A program made the translations under genes and the position numbers. The notes beneath the pieces were generated by a model. The model worked only from the letters and a program-made list of their open reading frames with translations. It had not been told where the DNA came from and did no database searches. Shown piece by piece: positions 1 through 9,801 of a stretch of DNA of 64,000 nucleotides; position 1 is the stretch's first letter, and every line of letters starts with the position of its first letter. The stretch lies in the NCBI GenBank assembly GCA_963772365.1, contig CAVYXA010000001.1, positions 1,216,001 to 1,280,000 on the forward strand, in the 5' to 3' direction. Origin of the DNA: an uncultured Verrucomicrobiae bacterium (lineage in GTDB: Bacteria; Verrucomicrobiota; Verrucomicrobiia; Chthoniobacterales; UBA10450).

Positions 1-846
1 ATAGAGCAAGGTCCCCAGGGCCATCGGAATCATGAGACAGCTTGCTTCGGTTCCCAGTTCCCCGCCAGTAAGCCAGACCGGGCCGGGAAAACTGACATTC
101 AGAAGCCGATCTACCGGCACTTGTCCGCCATTTCGGGTACCGATGATAAAGAGCTGGCCGAAATCAAAGGCCGCATGCCATCCCACCGCCCACCAAAGCG
201 ATCCGGTAACACGAACACTGAGACAAATGATGATCCCCAAAGCGAAAATCATCCCGATATCCAGAGCATTTTCATGCGGCTTCGATACATGAGCTCCCGC
301 GAACAGGGCTGTAGTGATCAGCGCAGCCGGCCAGAAACCGGCGGCGCGCCAGAGTGATTGTAAAGCGTAGCCGCGGAAAAGGTACTCTTCACTGATTCCG
401 ACGAGCACCATCGCAATGAGCCACAAAAGTGGTGAGACGATCCAATTCGACCCGTGCAAGGCGACTCCATGTACGCGCATCGCGCCGGTGACCAGCATTC
501 CTAGCGCTACAAAAATAGCGCCTCCAAGGCCGAGAAAAGCTCCATTCCAAAACAGACCACCGGACGCTCGTTCCAGCGGCAAACCATAACTGTCGATTCG
601 GCGATGTTCGAGGAGAGCAACGACTGCGGTCCCAGCCAGCAAAGGAATCAAATTCAAGATCTCGCCAAGAATGAGGCCCGGTGCGCTCAGCGCCTGAAGT
701 TGAAGCTGGAGCTTTGGGAATACGAACGCCAGCACCGGTCTTTCCACGAATTGGTAGGCAAATTCGATCGCGACAGCGAAAGCGACGAACCGCCAGCCAT
801 ATCTCACGCCATTTCGCCCAATAAATATCCGTTTCAAGCCGTTCAT
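1..846 (-). CDS. CPBP (CAAX protease/Abi) family intramembrane metalloprotease, runs off the left edge
   Basis: Not in the ORF track because no stop lies in the window. Manual translation from ATG 846 gives a hydrophobic protein MNGLKRIFIGRNG... with EEYLFRG, FAGAH and GSLWWAVGWHAAFDF motifs. Confidence 0.85.
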   Translation of the reverse strand, partial: MNGLKRIFIGRNGVRYGWRFVAFAVAIEFAYQFVERPVLAFVFPKLQLQLQALSAPGLILGEILNLIPLLAGTAVVALLEHRRIDSYGLPLERASGGLFWNGAFLGLGGAIFVALGMLVTGAMRVHGVALHGSNWIVSPLLWLIAMVLVGISEEYLFRGYALQSLWRAAGFWPAALITTALFAGAHVSKPHENALDIGMIFALGIIICLSVRVTGSLWWAVGWHAAFDFGQLFIIGTRNGGQVPVDRLLNVSFPGPVWLTGGELGTEASCLMIPMALGTLLY

Positions 847-894
847 CGAAAGCAATTCCCGATTGCGGCCAGGTCGTAGAAAACAAAGTGAATC

Positions 895-2388
895 TTACAC
901 TTCCGGTTGGACGGCGAAGCCGACCTGCGGTTCGGCCTCACCCGCCACATTGGTCTGATCCTGCAAATACGTGCGACCTCTGTAAAAGGGAGTGACAATC
1001 ACGAACAACACTGCCGTTCCCAGCATCACCCAAACGAAAAACATGAAATAGCTTGAGCCTTGTAGCTTCACCGAGCCATCCGGATTTTGGATGAAGAAGT
1101 TCACTGCCGCCGTGAATTGATTGCCCAGTGATATGGCAAGCAAATAGGTGCACATGACCAGCGATTTCAGTTTTATCGGCCCTTGTGTGTAGGAGAATTC
1201 CAGGTGAGTCGGCGAGACGAGTGTCTCACCAGCAGTCAGGACAACGAATGCCCAAACTTGCCAGATGATGTTCGGCTTTGCACCGGCATCGATCCGCGTT
1301 TGGATCAGCGCCACAATGAAAAATGATGCCGCGGTAACAAAGAGTCCGGCGCCGATTTTTCGAAGAGGCGTCAGCTTCACAAATTTTTCCAGGAATGGAT
1401 AAAGGACATAAGAAAAGAGCGGAAGCATTATCAAAATGAAAATCGGATTAACGGTCTGGATTTGTTCCGGGAGCCAGTCAATCCCGAAAAGATGTCGATC
1501 CATTGATTTGGCCTGAAGGATCCATGAGGAAAAATTTTGCTGCCAGAGCGCCCAGAACATCGCTACGAACGGAACGGGTATCAGAATATTGAGAATGATT
1601 TTGCCAGTTTTCTTATTGAAAATTTCGCGCCCATAAGTTCGCAAGCCGACTGGCGGAATGTGGACAAATTTTTTGCGACCAGCCCAAAAGAAAATCGTCG
1701 CGATCAGCATGAATATACCTGGCAAGCCGAAAGCAACGTCCGGGCTATGCAATCGCGGGCTGACCAGAAAATCTGCAACCGAAACTGGCAATAGATTTTT
1801 GAGCCAGTCCGAAAGTGAACCCGGCTCAAGTAACCATGGGATCAAAAGCGTCGACAGCGCTGAGCCGGCGTTGATGGAAAAATAGAACCAGTTAAAAAGG
1901 CGCGGCAGCAGATGCTTGTTGCTTTCGCCAAACTGATCGCCCACGTTCGTTGAAACACACGGCTTGATCCCACCGGCGCCAAGAGCGATCAAAAAAAGTC
2001 CGATTCCTGAGAGGACTACGGGCGGAATGACGTGCGCAACGGCTGAACCCATCAACGCGAGCGTCGCGTGCCCCGCGCAGTAGACGATCGACAGCCAAAA
2101 GACGACCCAAAATTTTCCAAAGAGCGCGTCAGCGAGGATCGCGCCGAACAATGGCAGAAAGTAGAGCGCCGAAACAAAAGTGTGATACCACGCATCAGCC
2201 TGCGCTGGCCCCATCACAGCGAGGTTGCCCGCCTTGTCGTGAAGGAACGTCGTCCAAAAAATCACGACGATGGAATTCATCCCGTAATACGAGAAACGCT
2301 CGGCGGCTTCATTGCCGATGATGTACGGAACGCCCGGCGGCCAAGTGCTGATCTTCGGCGGTGAAGTCAGGTATTTCTGCTTGGCCAT
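895..2388 (-). CDS. POT/PTR family proton-dependent oligopeptide transporter (MFS)
   Basis: NEAAERFSYYG, GAGGIKPCVS and FYFSINAGS signatures; many TM segments. Confidence 0.93.
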   Translation of the reverse strand: MAKQKYLTSPPKISTWPPGVPYIIGNEAAERFSYYGMNSIVVIFWTTFLHDKAGNLAVMGPAQADAWYHTFVSALYFLPLFGAILADALFGKFWVVFWLSIVYCAGHATLALMGSAVAHVIPPVVLSGIGLFLIALGAGGIKPCVSTNVGDQFGESNKHLLPRLFNWFYFSINAGSALSTLLIPWLLEPGSLSDWLKNLLPVSVADFLVSPRLHSPDVAFGLPGIFMLIATIFFWAGRKKFVHIPPVGLRTYGREIFNKKTGKIILNILIPVPFVAMFWALWQQNFSSWILQAKSMDRHLFGIDWLPEQIQTVNPIFILIMLPLFSYVLYPFLEKFVKLTPLRKIGAGLFVTAASFFIVALIQTRIDAGAKPNIIWQVWAFVVLTAGETLVSPTHLEFSYTQGPIKLKSLVMCTYLLAISLGNQFTAAVNFFIQNPDGSVKLQGSSYFMFFVWVMLGTAVLFVIVTPFYRGRTYLQDQTNVAGEAEPQVGFAVQPEV

Positions 2389-2403
2389 GAGGTCCCCTTT
2401 TCC

Positions 2404-2625
2404 CTACGGATTTTTGGTAGGAAAGAAATCAACCGGCGTGGGTGTGGCCGGAGCCGGAGAAGTTGATTCCTGAGCTCCTTTTGAATTGTCGGCGTTGGCG
2501 AGATCGACATGCTCTTTTTGCACTTCGGGCATCTCGCCGAGGTGGTGTTCTTCGCAGGAACAAAAGAGAATCGCTGCGGCGCCACCGAGGATTGCGAGGC
2601 CCTTTCGCAATGAAAATCGCATCAT
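2404..2625 (-). CDS. small putative lipoprotein
   Basis: Basic N-terminus, hydrophobic stretch, then FCSC lipobox-like motif; same strand and directly upstream of the POT gene. Confidence 0.55.
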   Translation of the reverse strand: MMRFSLRKGLAILGGAAAILFCSCEEHHLGEMPEVQKEHVDLANADNSKGAQESTSPAPATPTPVDFFPTKNP

Positions 2626-2679
2626 GCGCAGGGACAGTAATCACCCTTCGGCCTGGCGCGCAAGTCAAAGCACGTGTCT

Positions 2680-2803
2680 TCTTCCTCATACTCATACTCA
2701 TACTCATACTCATGATCCTGATCCTGATCCTGATCCTGGTCGAATGACTTATCAATTAGGATTAGGATCATGGGTATGATCAGGAGCATGAGTATGAGGA
2801 AGA
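2680..2803. repeat. palindromic hexamer tandem-repeat element
   Basis: (CTCATA)4 CTCATG (ATCCTG)4 followed by inverted units; perfect 16-bp terminal IR 2680-2695 / 2788-2803. Confidence 0.85.
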
Positions 2804-2807
2804 GATA

Positions 2808-2835
2808 TTGAAACGCGCGCCCGGCGCATTACTAT
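2808..2835 (+). promoter_or_regulatory. putative sigma70 promoter of ftsK
   Basis: TTGAAA-16 bp-TACTAT, ending 8 nt before GTG 2844. Confidence 0.5.
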
Positions 2836-2843
2836 CTGCCAAA

Positions 2844-5291
2844 GTGGCCCGCTCAGTTAAGAACAACGCCTGGAACGAGGTCTTTGCCCTTATTCTGCTT
2901 TTCGTCGGCACACTCCTCTTTCTCGCGCTGATTTCCTATACGCCAAAGGATGTACCGTCGTGGGTCTGGTTCAGTCATATTTCGCCCGCGAATCATCCAG
3001 CGCAAAATTTCATTGGACCGTTCGGTGCGATCGTCGCCGGAATTTGCTATTACCTATTTGGCGCCGCCTCGTATTTGCTCGCGGCGATCCTCCTCGGCTT
3101 CGGCACGGCGAAATTGTTTCACTACAGCCTGCGGGTTACGCCGCGGATTCCGTGGATTGTTCTGTTCATCATTTCAGGTGCGTGTTTGCTTCAACTGCAA
3201 ACCAGTCATCTTCAGGGCTGGAGAGGCGCTTTCAATATTCCGGGGCCCGGCGGATGGGTCGGTTATTTTTTTGGGAAGACGCTTCTGCTCAATTCCATGG
3301 GCAAAGTCGGATCGATTATTCTGCTGGCGGGCGTTTATCTGGCCACTTTGATTTTAATGACCGGTCTTCGCCCGATTCATTTCGTGCGCGAAACCATCGC
3401 GGGCACAGGTCGCGTCATTGGCAAGCTCCACGAGTGGCAGTTGCATCGACAATTGCGAAACGCGGATATCAAAGGGCAGCTCGAGATCAGCCGGAAAGAA
3501 TTGGCCAAACAACGGCGCTCGATTGAGAAGCAGCTCAAGAAAAAAGGCGCACCGGTTTCTGAGTCGGCGGCTCCATTCATCTCAGCCGAAGAATTAGCCG
3601 ATCGCCCGACGCCGAAGGTAGTCGATACGACCGCGCTGCCGAACGAGCTGGCGCCTTCGCGAAGGAAACCTTCGCTGGCGGAATTGCGTTCCGGTCCGCA
3701 AAAATCAGCAGTTTCTTCCGGCCTAACAACCCGGAACTGGGATGCTGCCTCTTACTCCTTGCCAGGACTGGATTTGCTCGAGGAACATGATCCCGAAGGT
3801 CGCGGCGGCGCCGACCCGGCCGAGCTTCAGCGTGTCCAGCAAACTTTGATCGATACACTCGGCCAGTTCGGAATCGCTGTTGCCGCCGGCGACATCACCA
3901 AAGGCCCGACGATCACCCGTTATGAAGTTTACCCGGCCAAAGGCGTGCGTGTCGACAAGATCGTTAGTCTGGAGCGCGATCTCGCTCGGGCCACGCGCGC
4001 AGAACGGATCAATATTCTCGCGCCGATTCCGGGCAAGGACACGGTCGGCATCGAGCTGGCCAATTCGCGTAAAGTCACGGTCACGCTTCGCGAACTGCTG
4101 GAATCGACCGATTGGGATGAAATCAAGGGGCGCGCCAAGATTCCGCTTGCCTTAGGCAAAGATGTTTACGGCAAGGCGATCATCACGGATCTGGCGCAAA
4201 TGCCGCACTTGTTAGTTGCCGGCACTACCGGCAGCGGCAAGAGCGTTTGCATCAACGCTCTCATTGCCAGCATGCTGTTTCGGTTCACGCCGGAAGAGCT
4301 GCGTTTCATCATGATCGATCCGAAGGTCGTCGAGATGCAGGTGTACGAAGCGCTGCCGCACCTGGCTTTTCCCGTCGTGGTCGATCCTAAAAAGGTGTTG
4401 CTGGCGTTGCGCTGGTTGATCGATGAAATGGAACGACGTTACAAAATTTTCGCCAAGGAAGGCGTGCGCAACATCATTGGATTTAATGCGCGTCCGAAGA
4501 AGAAAACGCAAAAAGAGCTGGACGCTGATGCTGTAGCGTCCGCTGTCTCACCGGACAATTCGCGCAAGTCCGCTGAGACAGCGGACGCCAAAACGAAAGT
4601 TCCACGCGGCGACGCGATCCAGATTCCGGACAACCTCCCCTACATCGTCGTAATCATCGATGAGCTGGCCGATCTGATGCAAACCGCGCCGGCCGACGTG
4701 GAAAGTGCAATTGCGCGGATCACGCAAATGGCTCGCGCAGCCGGGATTCACCTCATCGTGGCAACACAAACGCCCCGGGCGGATGTGATCACTGGAGTAA
4801 TCAAAGCCAACATCCCGAGCCGAATCGCATTTCAAGTGGCGAGCAAGATCGACAGCCGCGTGATTCTGGATGAAAACGGGGCCGACCGATTGTTAGGTCA
4901 GGGCGACATGCTCTATCTTCCGCCGGGTGCTTCCCGGCTGATCCGCGCGCAGGGCGTTCTCGTGACGGATGAGGAGATTCGCCGGCTGATCCAGTTCGTT
5001 ACCGCCCAAAGCCCTCCCGCATTCGATGCGGCCATGCATGAAAAACTGCAAGCGGCCAGCGCATCGGCCGGCGAGGAGGTGACGGATGAAGATGAGGAGC
5101 TGGTCGAGAAATGCATCGAGATCATCCGACAGGAGAAGCGCGCTTCGACTTCATTGCTGCAGCGGCGATTGCGACTTGGTTATACCAGAGCGGCCAGAAT
5201 CGTTGATATTCTGGAGCAGCGCGGTATTTTAGGCCCCGGCGAAGGCGCTAAGCCGCGCGAGATTCTTGTCGATCTCGACGCCGCTGTTTAG
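2844..5291 (+). CDS. ftsK: DNA translocase FtsK (ORF track start 2808; GTG 2844 preferred)
   Basis: N-terminal 4TM domain, HLLVAGTTGSGKS Walker A, IIDELADLM, C-terminal gamma domain LQRRLRLGYTRAARIVD. Confidence 0.97.
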   Translation: MARSVKNNAWNEVFALILLFVGTLLFLALISYTPKDVPSWVWFSHISPANHPAQNFIGPFGAIVAGICYYLFGAASYLLAAILLGFGTAKLFHYSLRVTPRIPWIVLFIISGACLLQLQTSHLQGWRGAFNIPGPGGWVGYFFGKTLLLNSMGKVGSIILLAGVYLATLILMTGLRPIHFVRETIAGTGRVIGKLHEWQLHRQLRNADIKGQLEISRKELAKQRRSIEKQLKKKGAPVSESAAPFISAEELADRPTPKVVDTTALPNELAPSRRKPSLAELRSGPQKSAVSSGLTTRNWDAASYSLPGLDLLEEHDPEGRGGADPAELQRVQQTLIDTLGQFGIAVAAGDITKGPTITRYEVYPAKGVRVDKIVSLERDLARATRAERINILAPIPGKDTVGIELANSRKVTVTLRELLESTDWDEIKGRAKIPLALGKDVYGKAIITDLAQMPHLLVAGTTGSGKSVCINALIASMLFRFTPEELRFIMIDPKVVEMQVYEALPHLAFPVVVDPKKVLLALRWLIDEMERRYKIFAKEGVRNIIGFNARPKKKTQKELDADAVASAVSPDNSRKSAETADAKTKVPRGDAIQIPDNLPYIVVIIDELADLMQTAPADVESAIARITQMARAAGIHLIVATQTPRADVITGVIKANIPSRIAFQVASKIDSRVILDENGADRLLGQGDMLYLPPGASRLIRAQGVLVTDEEIRRLIQFVTAQSPPAFDAAMHEKLQAASASAGEEVTDEDEELVEKCIEIIRQEKRASTSLLQRRLRLGYTRAARIVDILEQRGILGPGEGAKPREILVDLDAAV
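4532..4592. repeat. GTAG-type REP doublet inserted in-frame in ftsK
   Basis: TGTAGCGTCCGCTGTCTCA ... TGAGACAGCGGACGCCAAA inverted pair, each half with its own GTCCG/CGGAC hairpin. Confidence 0.75.
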
Positions 5292-5305
5292 CCGGCAATT
5301 CCATT

Positions 5306-6199
5306 ATGACGATCGAAGGTCTGGGCAAGAAATTTCAGGACGCAAGGCTCGCCAGGAGGCTAACCATCGAGGAAGCCGCCCGAATGACTAAGATCCGGCC
5401 TTCGCGGCTGGCGGAAATCGAGGCTGATGACTTTTCCCAATTTCCAAGTCTGGCTTACGCCAAGGGGTTCCTTTTGATTTACGGAAAATTTTTGGATGTC
5501 GATGTGACGCCGTATCTGGAAGCCTTCGAAGGATCGGAAAACGTCACGGTCGATGGGTACTCCTATCTGCAGGAAAGTCCGGCGCCCAAACCGACTCGCA
5601 CACCGGTTGTTCGAACACCGCGTAGACAGACATCACTCTGGCCGCTGGTGATCGCGGTCGTCGTGCTGGTGCTTGGATTTTCGGTCACAAAATTGATTAT
5701 CAATCTCAAAAGACTTGCCCCACGAACAGAAACCATGATCGGAATACCCGAGTCGGCGCTTGCCTCGCCCTCTCCGGTTCCGGCTTCTCCTGTGATGGCG
5801 ATAGCGTCTCCTGCACGACCAATGGCAAACACTCCACCATCGAGGCCGGCGCCATCAGCTGTCGCAAGTGCGAGATCTCCTGAGCCGGAAGTGCGTCGCG
5901 CAGAGCCAGTAGGTCCACAGGATGTGACTAACCAAGCTGCCGCCCAGGTTCCTTCGCCTGCGGAACAGGCCACGGAGAACTTGGTCGATATCAAGCCACT
6001 TAAGAAAACCTATCTCAAAGTCGTGGTCGATAATGGCTCCAGCACGCCGCCGTACGAACGCTGGATCTCGCCGTCGGATGGAATCGTTGAATTCAAAGGC
6101 CAACACATCGCTGTGCGAGTTTTGGATCGCGAGGCGATCCAGATCCGGAAGAATGGGAAGCCAATCACGGATGGCGATAACGAAGTCACAATTCAATAG
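5306..6199 (+). CDS. RodZ-like protein (HTH_25, one TM helix, Pro-rich linker)
   Basis: LGKKFQDARLARRLTIEEAARMTKIRPSRLAEIE...YAKGFLLIYGKFL; typical position between ftsK and rimO. Confidence 0.8.
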   Translation: MTIEGLGKKFQDARLARRLTIEEAARMTKIRPSRLAEIEADDFSQFPSLAYAKGFLLIYGKFLDVDVTPYLEAFEGSENVTVDGYSYLQESPAPKPTRTPVVRTPRRQTSLWPLVIAVVVLVLGFSVTKLIINLKRLAPRTETMIGIPESALASPSPVPASPVMAIASPARPMANTPPSRPAPSAVASARSPEPEVRRAEPVGPQDVTNQAAAQVPSPAEQATENLVDIKPLKKTYLKVVVDNGSSTPPYERWISPSDGIVEFKGQHIAVRVLDREAIQIRKNGKPITDGDNEVTIQ

Positions 6200-6243
6200 C
6201 GCGCATCGGCAAGCAATTTTCTAGCGGCGTCTCGAACAATGAC

Positions 6244-7617
6244 ATGAGTAACAGGATTCGAATCGGCATGATCAGCCTGGGCTGCGCCAAGAACCTGGTG
6301 GATGCCGAGATCATGCTCGGGAGCGTTTTACAGCGTGGAATGGAAATCACGTCGGATGCAGATGAAGCCGATGTGCTGGTGGTGAATACCTGCGCGTTTA
6401 TCGATTCCGCCAAAGAGGAATCGATCGAAGCGATCCTGACCGCGCATCAGGAGCGCGGCTTGAACAAACGGCCGAATCAAAAACTGATTGTGAGCGGGTG
6501 TATGTCTCAGCGCTTTGCCAGCGAGCTGCGAAACGAAATGCCGGAGGTGGATGCGTTTATCGGGTTGGATCAGGTCAGTCAGCTTGGTGAAATTGTGGAG
6601 GACTTGGTTTCACATAACTCACAGAATTCCTATGCGAGACGTGAGCCGTTCACCCAGACGCGACCGACTTACATTCCTGATTACGACACGCCCCGGTTTC
6701 GACTTACTCCCGCGCATACTGCTTATCTGAAGATCGCTGAGGGCTGCAATCATCCATGTAGTTTTTGTGTGATCCCGCAGATGCGCGGCAAACACCGCAG
6801 CCGCACCATGGATTCTGTGCTGGCGGAAATGCGCGGTCTTGTTAGGGAAGGTGTGCGTGAGATTAATTTGATCAGCCAGGATACGACTTATTACGGAATG
6901 GATTTGTGGACGGAAAAGGCCGGGCCGCGCCAACCGGTCGATTCCTCACGCGGCCCAACTCTCACCGCGCTTCTGCGCGAGATCCAAAAGATCGACGGCG
7001 AATTCTGGGTCCGCCTTCTTTACACGCATCCCGCGCATTGGAGTGATGAATTGATCGAAACGATCCGGCAGCTGCCGGACAAAGTCGCGCGTTACATCGA
7101 CATCCCATTGCAACATATTGATGAATCGATGTTACACCGCATGCGTCGCGAGACATCGCGCGCTCACATCGAGCGCTTGATCGAGAAACTGCGGGCCGGA
7201 ATTCCCGGCGTCGCGCTCCGAACAACATTCATCGTCGGTTTTCCCGGAGAAACCGAAGCAGAATTCGAGACCTTACTGGAATTCATTGAGCGTGCCAGGT
7301 TCGAACGGCTCGGCATCTTCAAGTATTCGCAGGAGGAAGGCTCGCGCGCGGCCAAAATGCCCGGCCAAATTCCCGCAAAAATCAAGAACGCGCGCTACCG
7401 CAAAGCGATGTCACTCCAGCAAGAGATCGCGCACGAACTTGCGCGCGAGAAAATCGGACGCGAATTGAAGTTGCTCGTCGATCAACCGCACATTGCCCGC
7501 ACAGAAGCGGATGCACCCGATGTCGATGCTCGCGTGATCTTGTCCAGGTCCGCCCCGGTAGGTGAATTCATTACGCGAAAAATCACGGGCAGCCGCGGCT
7601 ACGATTTGTTGGCATAA
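6244..7617 (+). CDS. rimO: ribosomal protein S12 methylthiotransferase RimO
   Basis: SLGCAKNLVDAE, NTCAFI, CNHPCSFC radical SAM motif, APDVD. Confidence 0.95.
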   Translation: MSNRIRIGMISLGCAKNLVDAEIMLGSVLQRGMEITSDADEADVLVVNTCAFIDSAKEESIEAILTAHQERGLNKRPNQKLIVSGCMSQRFASELRNEMPEVDAFIGLDQVSQLGEIVEDLVSHNSQNSYARREPFTQTRPTYIPDYDTPRFRLTPAHTAYLKIAEGCNHPCSFCVIPQMRGKHRSRTMDSVLAEMRGLVREGVREINLISQDTTYYGMDLWTEKAGPRQPVDSSRGPTLTALLREIQKIDGEFWVRLLYTHPAHWSDELIETIRQLPDKVARYIDIPLQHIDESMLHRMRRETSRAHIERLIEKLRAGIPGVALRTTFIVGFPGETEAEFETLLEFIERARFERLGIFKYSQEEGSRAAKMPGQIPAKIKNARYRKAMSLQQEIAHELAREKIGRELKLLVDQPHIARTEADAPDVDARVILSRSAPVGEFITRKITGSRGYDLLA

Positions 7618-7635
7618 ACTCTCCGCGTCTTCTGC

Positions 7636-9621
7636 TCAATTCGGCGGAAGGAGGTAAGCGGAAAAGAGCTGTCTTCCGCCTCGACTATTCACTACGCGAG
7701 TTGTGCCGCCGGGATAACGGGATTGAATCGCCGTTAAATATTCTTCGCTGCCCGGAAAGAAGATGAAGGCGATACCTTTGCCCGATTCTACGCGTGGCAA
7801 TTGATCCTCGGTGGGCTGGGCGACGTTCGCATAATCTTCTGTGCCCGAAAGAAACTTCGTCATCCCGGAATCGTAAGCCACAGTGCGGTTCGCTATCGAC
7901 CTCACCGAGTAGTTATGGCCGAGTGAGCCGAGGAAACGGCTCAGTGCCACTTGAATTTCGTACCCTTCTTGCGCCGATCTGTAGCGAGAATCGACGATTA
8001 GATTGGGATTCGCGTAATAATCTTTGAAGTAGAATCGAACGTTCAGCGCGCAAAGCCCCATCAGAACAATAGCGAGCGTGGCCGGCGCTATCATTTTCCA
8101 TCTCAGTGACAACTCCTTGCTCAACAGATCTGTCGATGCTCCAAGCGCTATCGCGACCGCCGCATAGAACGCGGGGAAAGCGCCAGTCAAATGATTGAGG
8201 AACGGCGCGCCCGCAACCAGCGTTCCGCCGACGATGATCACGCCCAAACCGCTCAAGATCATCAGAAACGCCGCGGGATGTTTCCAATCGCGCATCAACA
8301 ATCCCGCGCCCAGAATGAGTAGCGCAGCTTCGATGGGTAACAGGAAAGGCGCAAAGTAGATGATATCCTGTGATGGAATCGTGGTTAGGCCGAGCAGACT
8401 TCGCACGAAGTTGGGCCAGAGCACCGAACACATCCGGCTGAAGTCAGAGGGAGTATCCGGCCAATGATCCCAGGCCAGAACGCTGGTTCCATGGTGAAAA
8501 TAGAGACCCGGATGCACTAGAAAATGCGCCAGCAACGGACCAAAACCAATCAGATAGCCCACACCGACCAAACCCCAGCCCATCGCAAACCTGCGAATCT
8601 TTTGGCGGTGGAAGATCGACAAATACGCGAGGAAAACCAGCAGAAGAAAAGGCAACAAGCGCGTGGCGTAGAATCCATATTCGCTGACGCCAGCCGACAT
8701 TCCGGCCAGCCCCCAATCCGTGGGTCGGGAGAAGAAAAGCGCGCGCATTAGAAAGAAGAAACAGAGCGTCCAAAAAAACGGCGTCAGAATGTTGTTGATG
8801 CCGAGCCGGCTGTAGTGAACGTCGGCCGCGCTGAACGCCATGATTGCTGCGCCCGCGATCGCCACATTCCGCCCCCACGCCGTTCGAAGGAATCCATAAA
8901 ACGGCAGCACGGTGGCAGCGCCGAAAAGTGCCGACGGCAAACGCACTGCAGCCAGGGTCGTCCCAAAGATTTTGAGTGAGATGGAAACGAGAAAGAACCA
9001 GAGGCCGGGCAAATCGATATCACCCCAAACCGTGCTGAAGATCGACGGCGGCAACCCACCGCTGAGATAGGATGCGCTACTGATTTGTCCCGCGGTGATT
9101 TCATCTGGATAGATGTTGTTAGGAAATTCAGCCAATTTCCAAAGTCTCAGAACAAAACCGACCAGCATAATCCCGGCGAGTGCAGCTATTTCCCAGTTCG
9201 GCCAATTATGTGCAGGCTTTTGCTGTGATGCCACAGAGCGGGGAAGACGCAGAAAAGCCAATGAAGTCGCAAACAGACCGATGCTGAGGAGCCACAGCCA
9301 GCCCGCTGCACCGAAGGTTGCATGCGGTTGAGCGAGATAGGCCAAATCGGCGGCCAGTCCAGATAGCAACGATGCAAACAGCCCGATCCACGTTGCTTTA
9401 GTGAAATATCGAGCAGGTAAGAGCGCAGCCGGTTCTGCGAACTCACGCGGATGCCAGGATCGACAAGCGAAAAGGATTAAGACTGCTGCAACCGCGGCAA
9501 CCATCAGACCAAAAATCCGCCATACTTCTACGCGCAAAAGAAAAACGCTGATGAACGCAAGTATCCACGCAGGGATTGCGAGGCTTGCTTCGAAAAAGCT
9601 GTGTCGCTGGTCTCCGGCCAT
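7636..9621 (-). CDS. ArnT/PMT-like GT-C membrane glycosyltransferase
   Basis: LRLWKL...IYPDE motif, AVRLPSALFG, many TM helices. Confidence 0.75.
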   Translation of the reverse strand: MAGDQRHSFFEASLAIPAWILAFISVFLLRVEVWRIFGLMVAAVAAVLILFACRSWHPREFAEPAALLPARYFTKATWIGLFASLLSGLAADLAYLAQPHATFGAAGWLWLLSIGLFATSLAFLRLPRSVASQQKPAHNWPNWEIAALAGIMLVGFVLRLWKLAEFPNNIYPDEITAGQISSASYLSGGLPPSIFSTVWGDIDLPGLWFFLVSISLKIFGTTLAAVRLPSALFGAATVLPFYGFLRTAWGRNVAIAGAAIMAFSAADVHYSRLGINNILTPFFWTLCFFFLMRALFFSRPTDWGLAGMSAGVSEYGFYATRLLPFLLLVFLAYLSIFHRQKIRRFAMGWGLVGVGYLIGFGPLLAHFLVHPGLYFHHGTSVLAWDHWPDTPSDFSRMCSVLWPNFVRSLLGLTTIPSQDIIYFAPFLLPIEAALLILGAGLLMRDWKHPAAFLMILSGLGVIIVGGTLVAGAPFLNHLTGAFPAFYAAVAIALGASTDLLSKELSLRWKMIAPATLAIVLMGLCALNVRFYFKDYYANPNLIVDSRYRSAQEGYEIQVALSRFLGSLGHNYSVRSIANRTVAYDSGMTKFLSGTEDYANVAQPTEDQLPRVESGKGIAFIFFPGSEEYLTAIQSRYPGGTTRVVNSRGGRQLFSAYLLPPN

Positions 9622-9801
9622 CGATTTCGAATTGTGCAGCGAAATCCGCTTGTCGTCCTAAATCTATCAGATTACGGGCAATCTCCGTCGTAAAGTCCAG
9701 TTTGAGTGGTGACAAGTCGACGGTTTTTGATCAATCTGGTTTCGATCAATTCGCCGCCCTTTAGGCCCGACGCAAACCAATTGAGAAAAGGAACTGTTCA
9801 G

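Noticed and set aside
389..886. Track ORFs 32-292, 121-357, 389-886 and 604-879
   Set aside because: Shadows of the CPBP gene (minus strand, 846 to <1), which has clear family motifs.
2429..2779. ORFs with IRIRIR/MSMSMS/HTHTHT/DPDPDP runs
   Set aside because: Translations of the hexamer repeat; no coding evidence.
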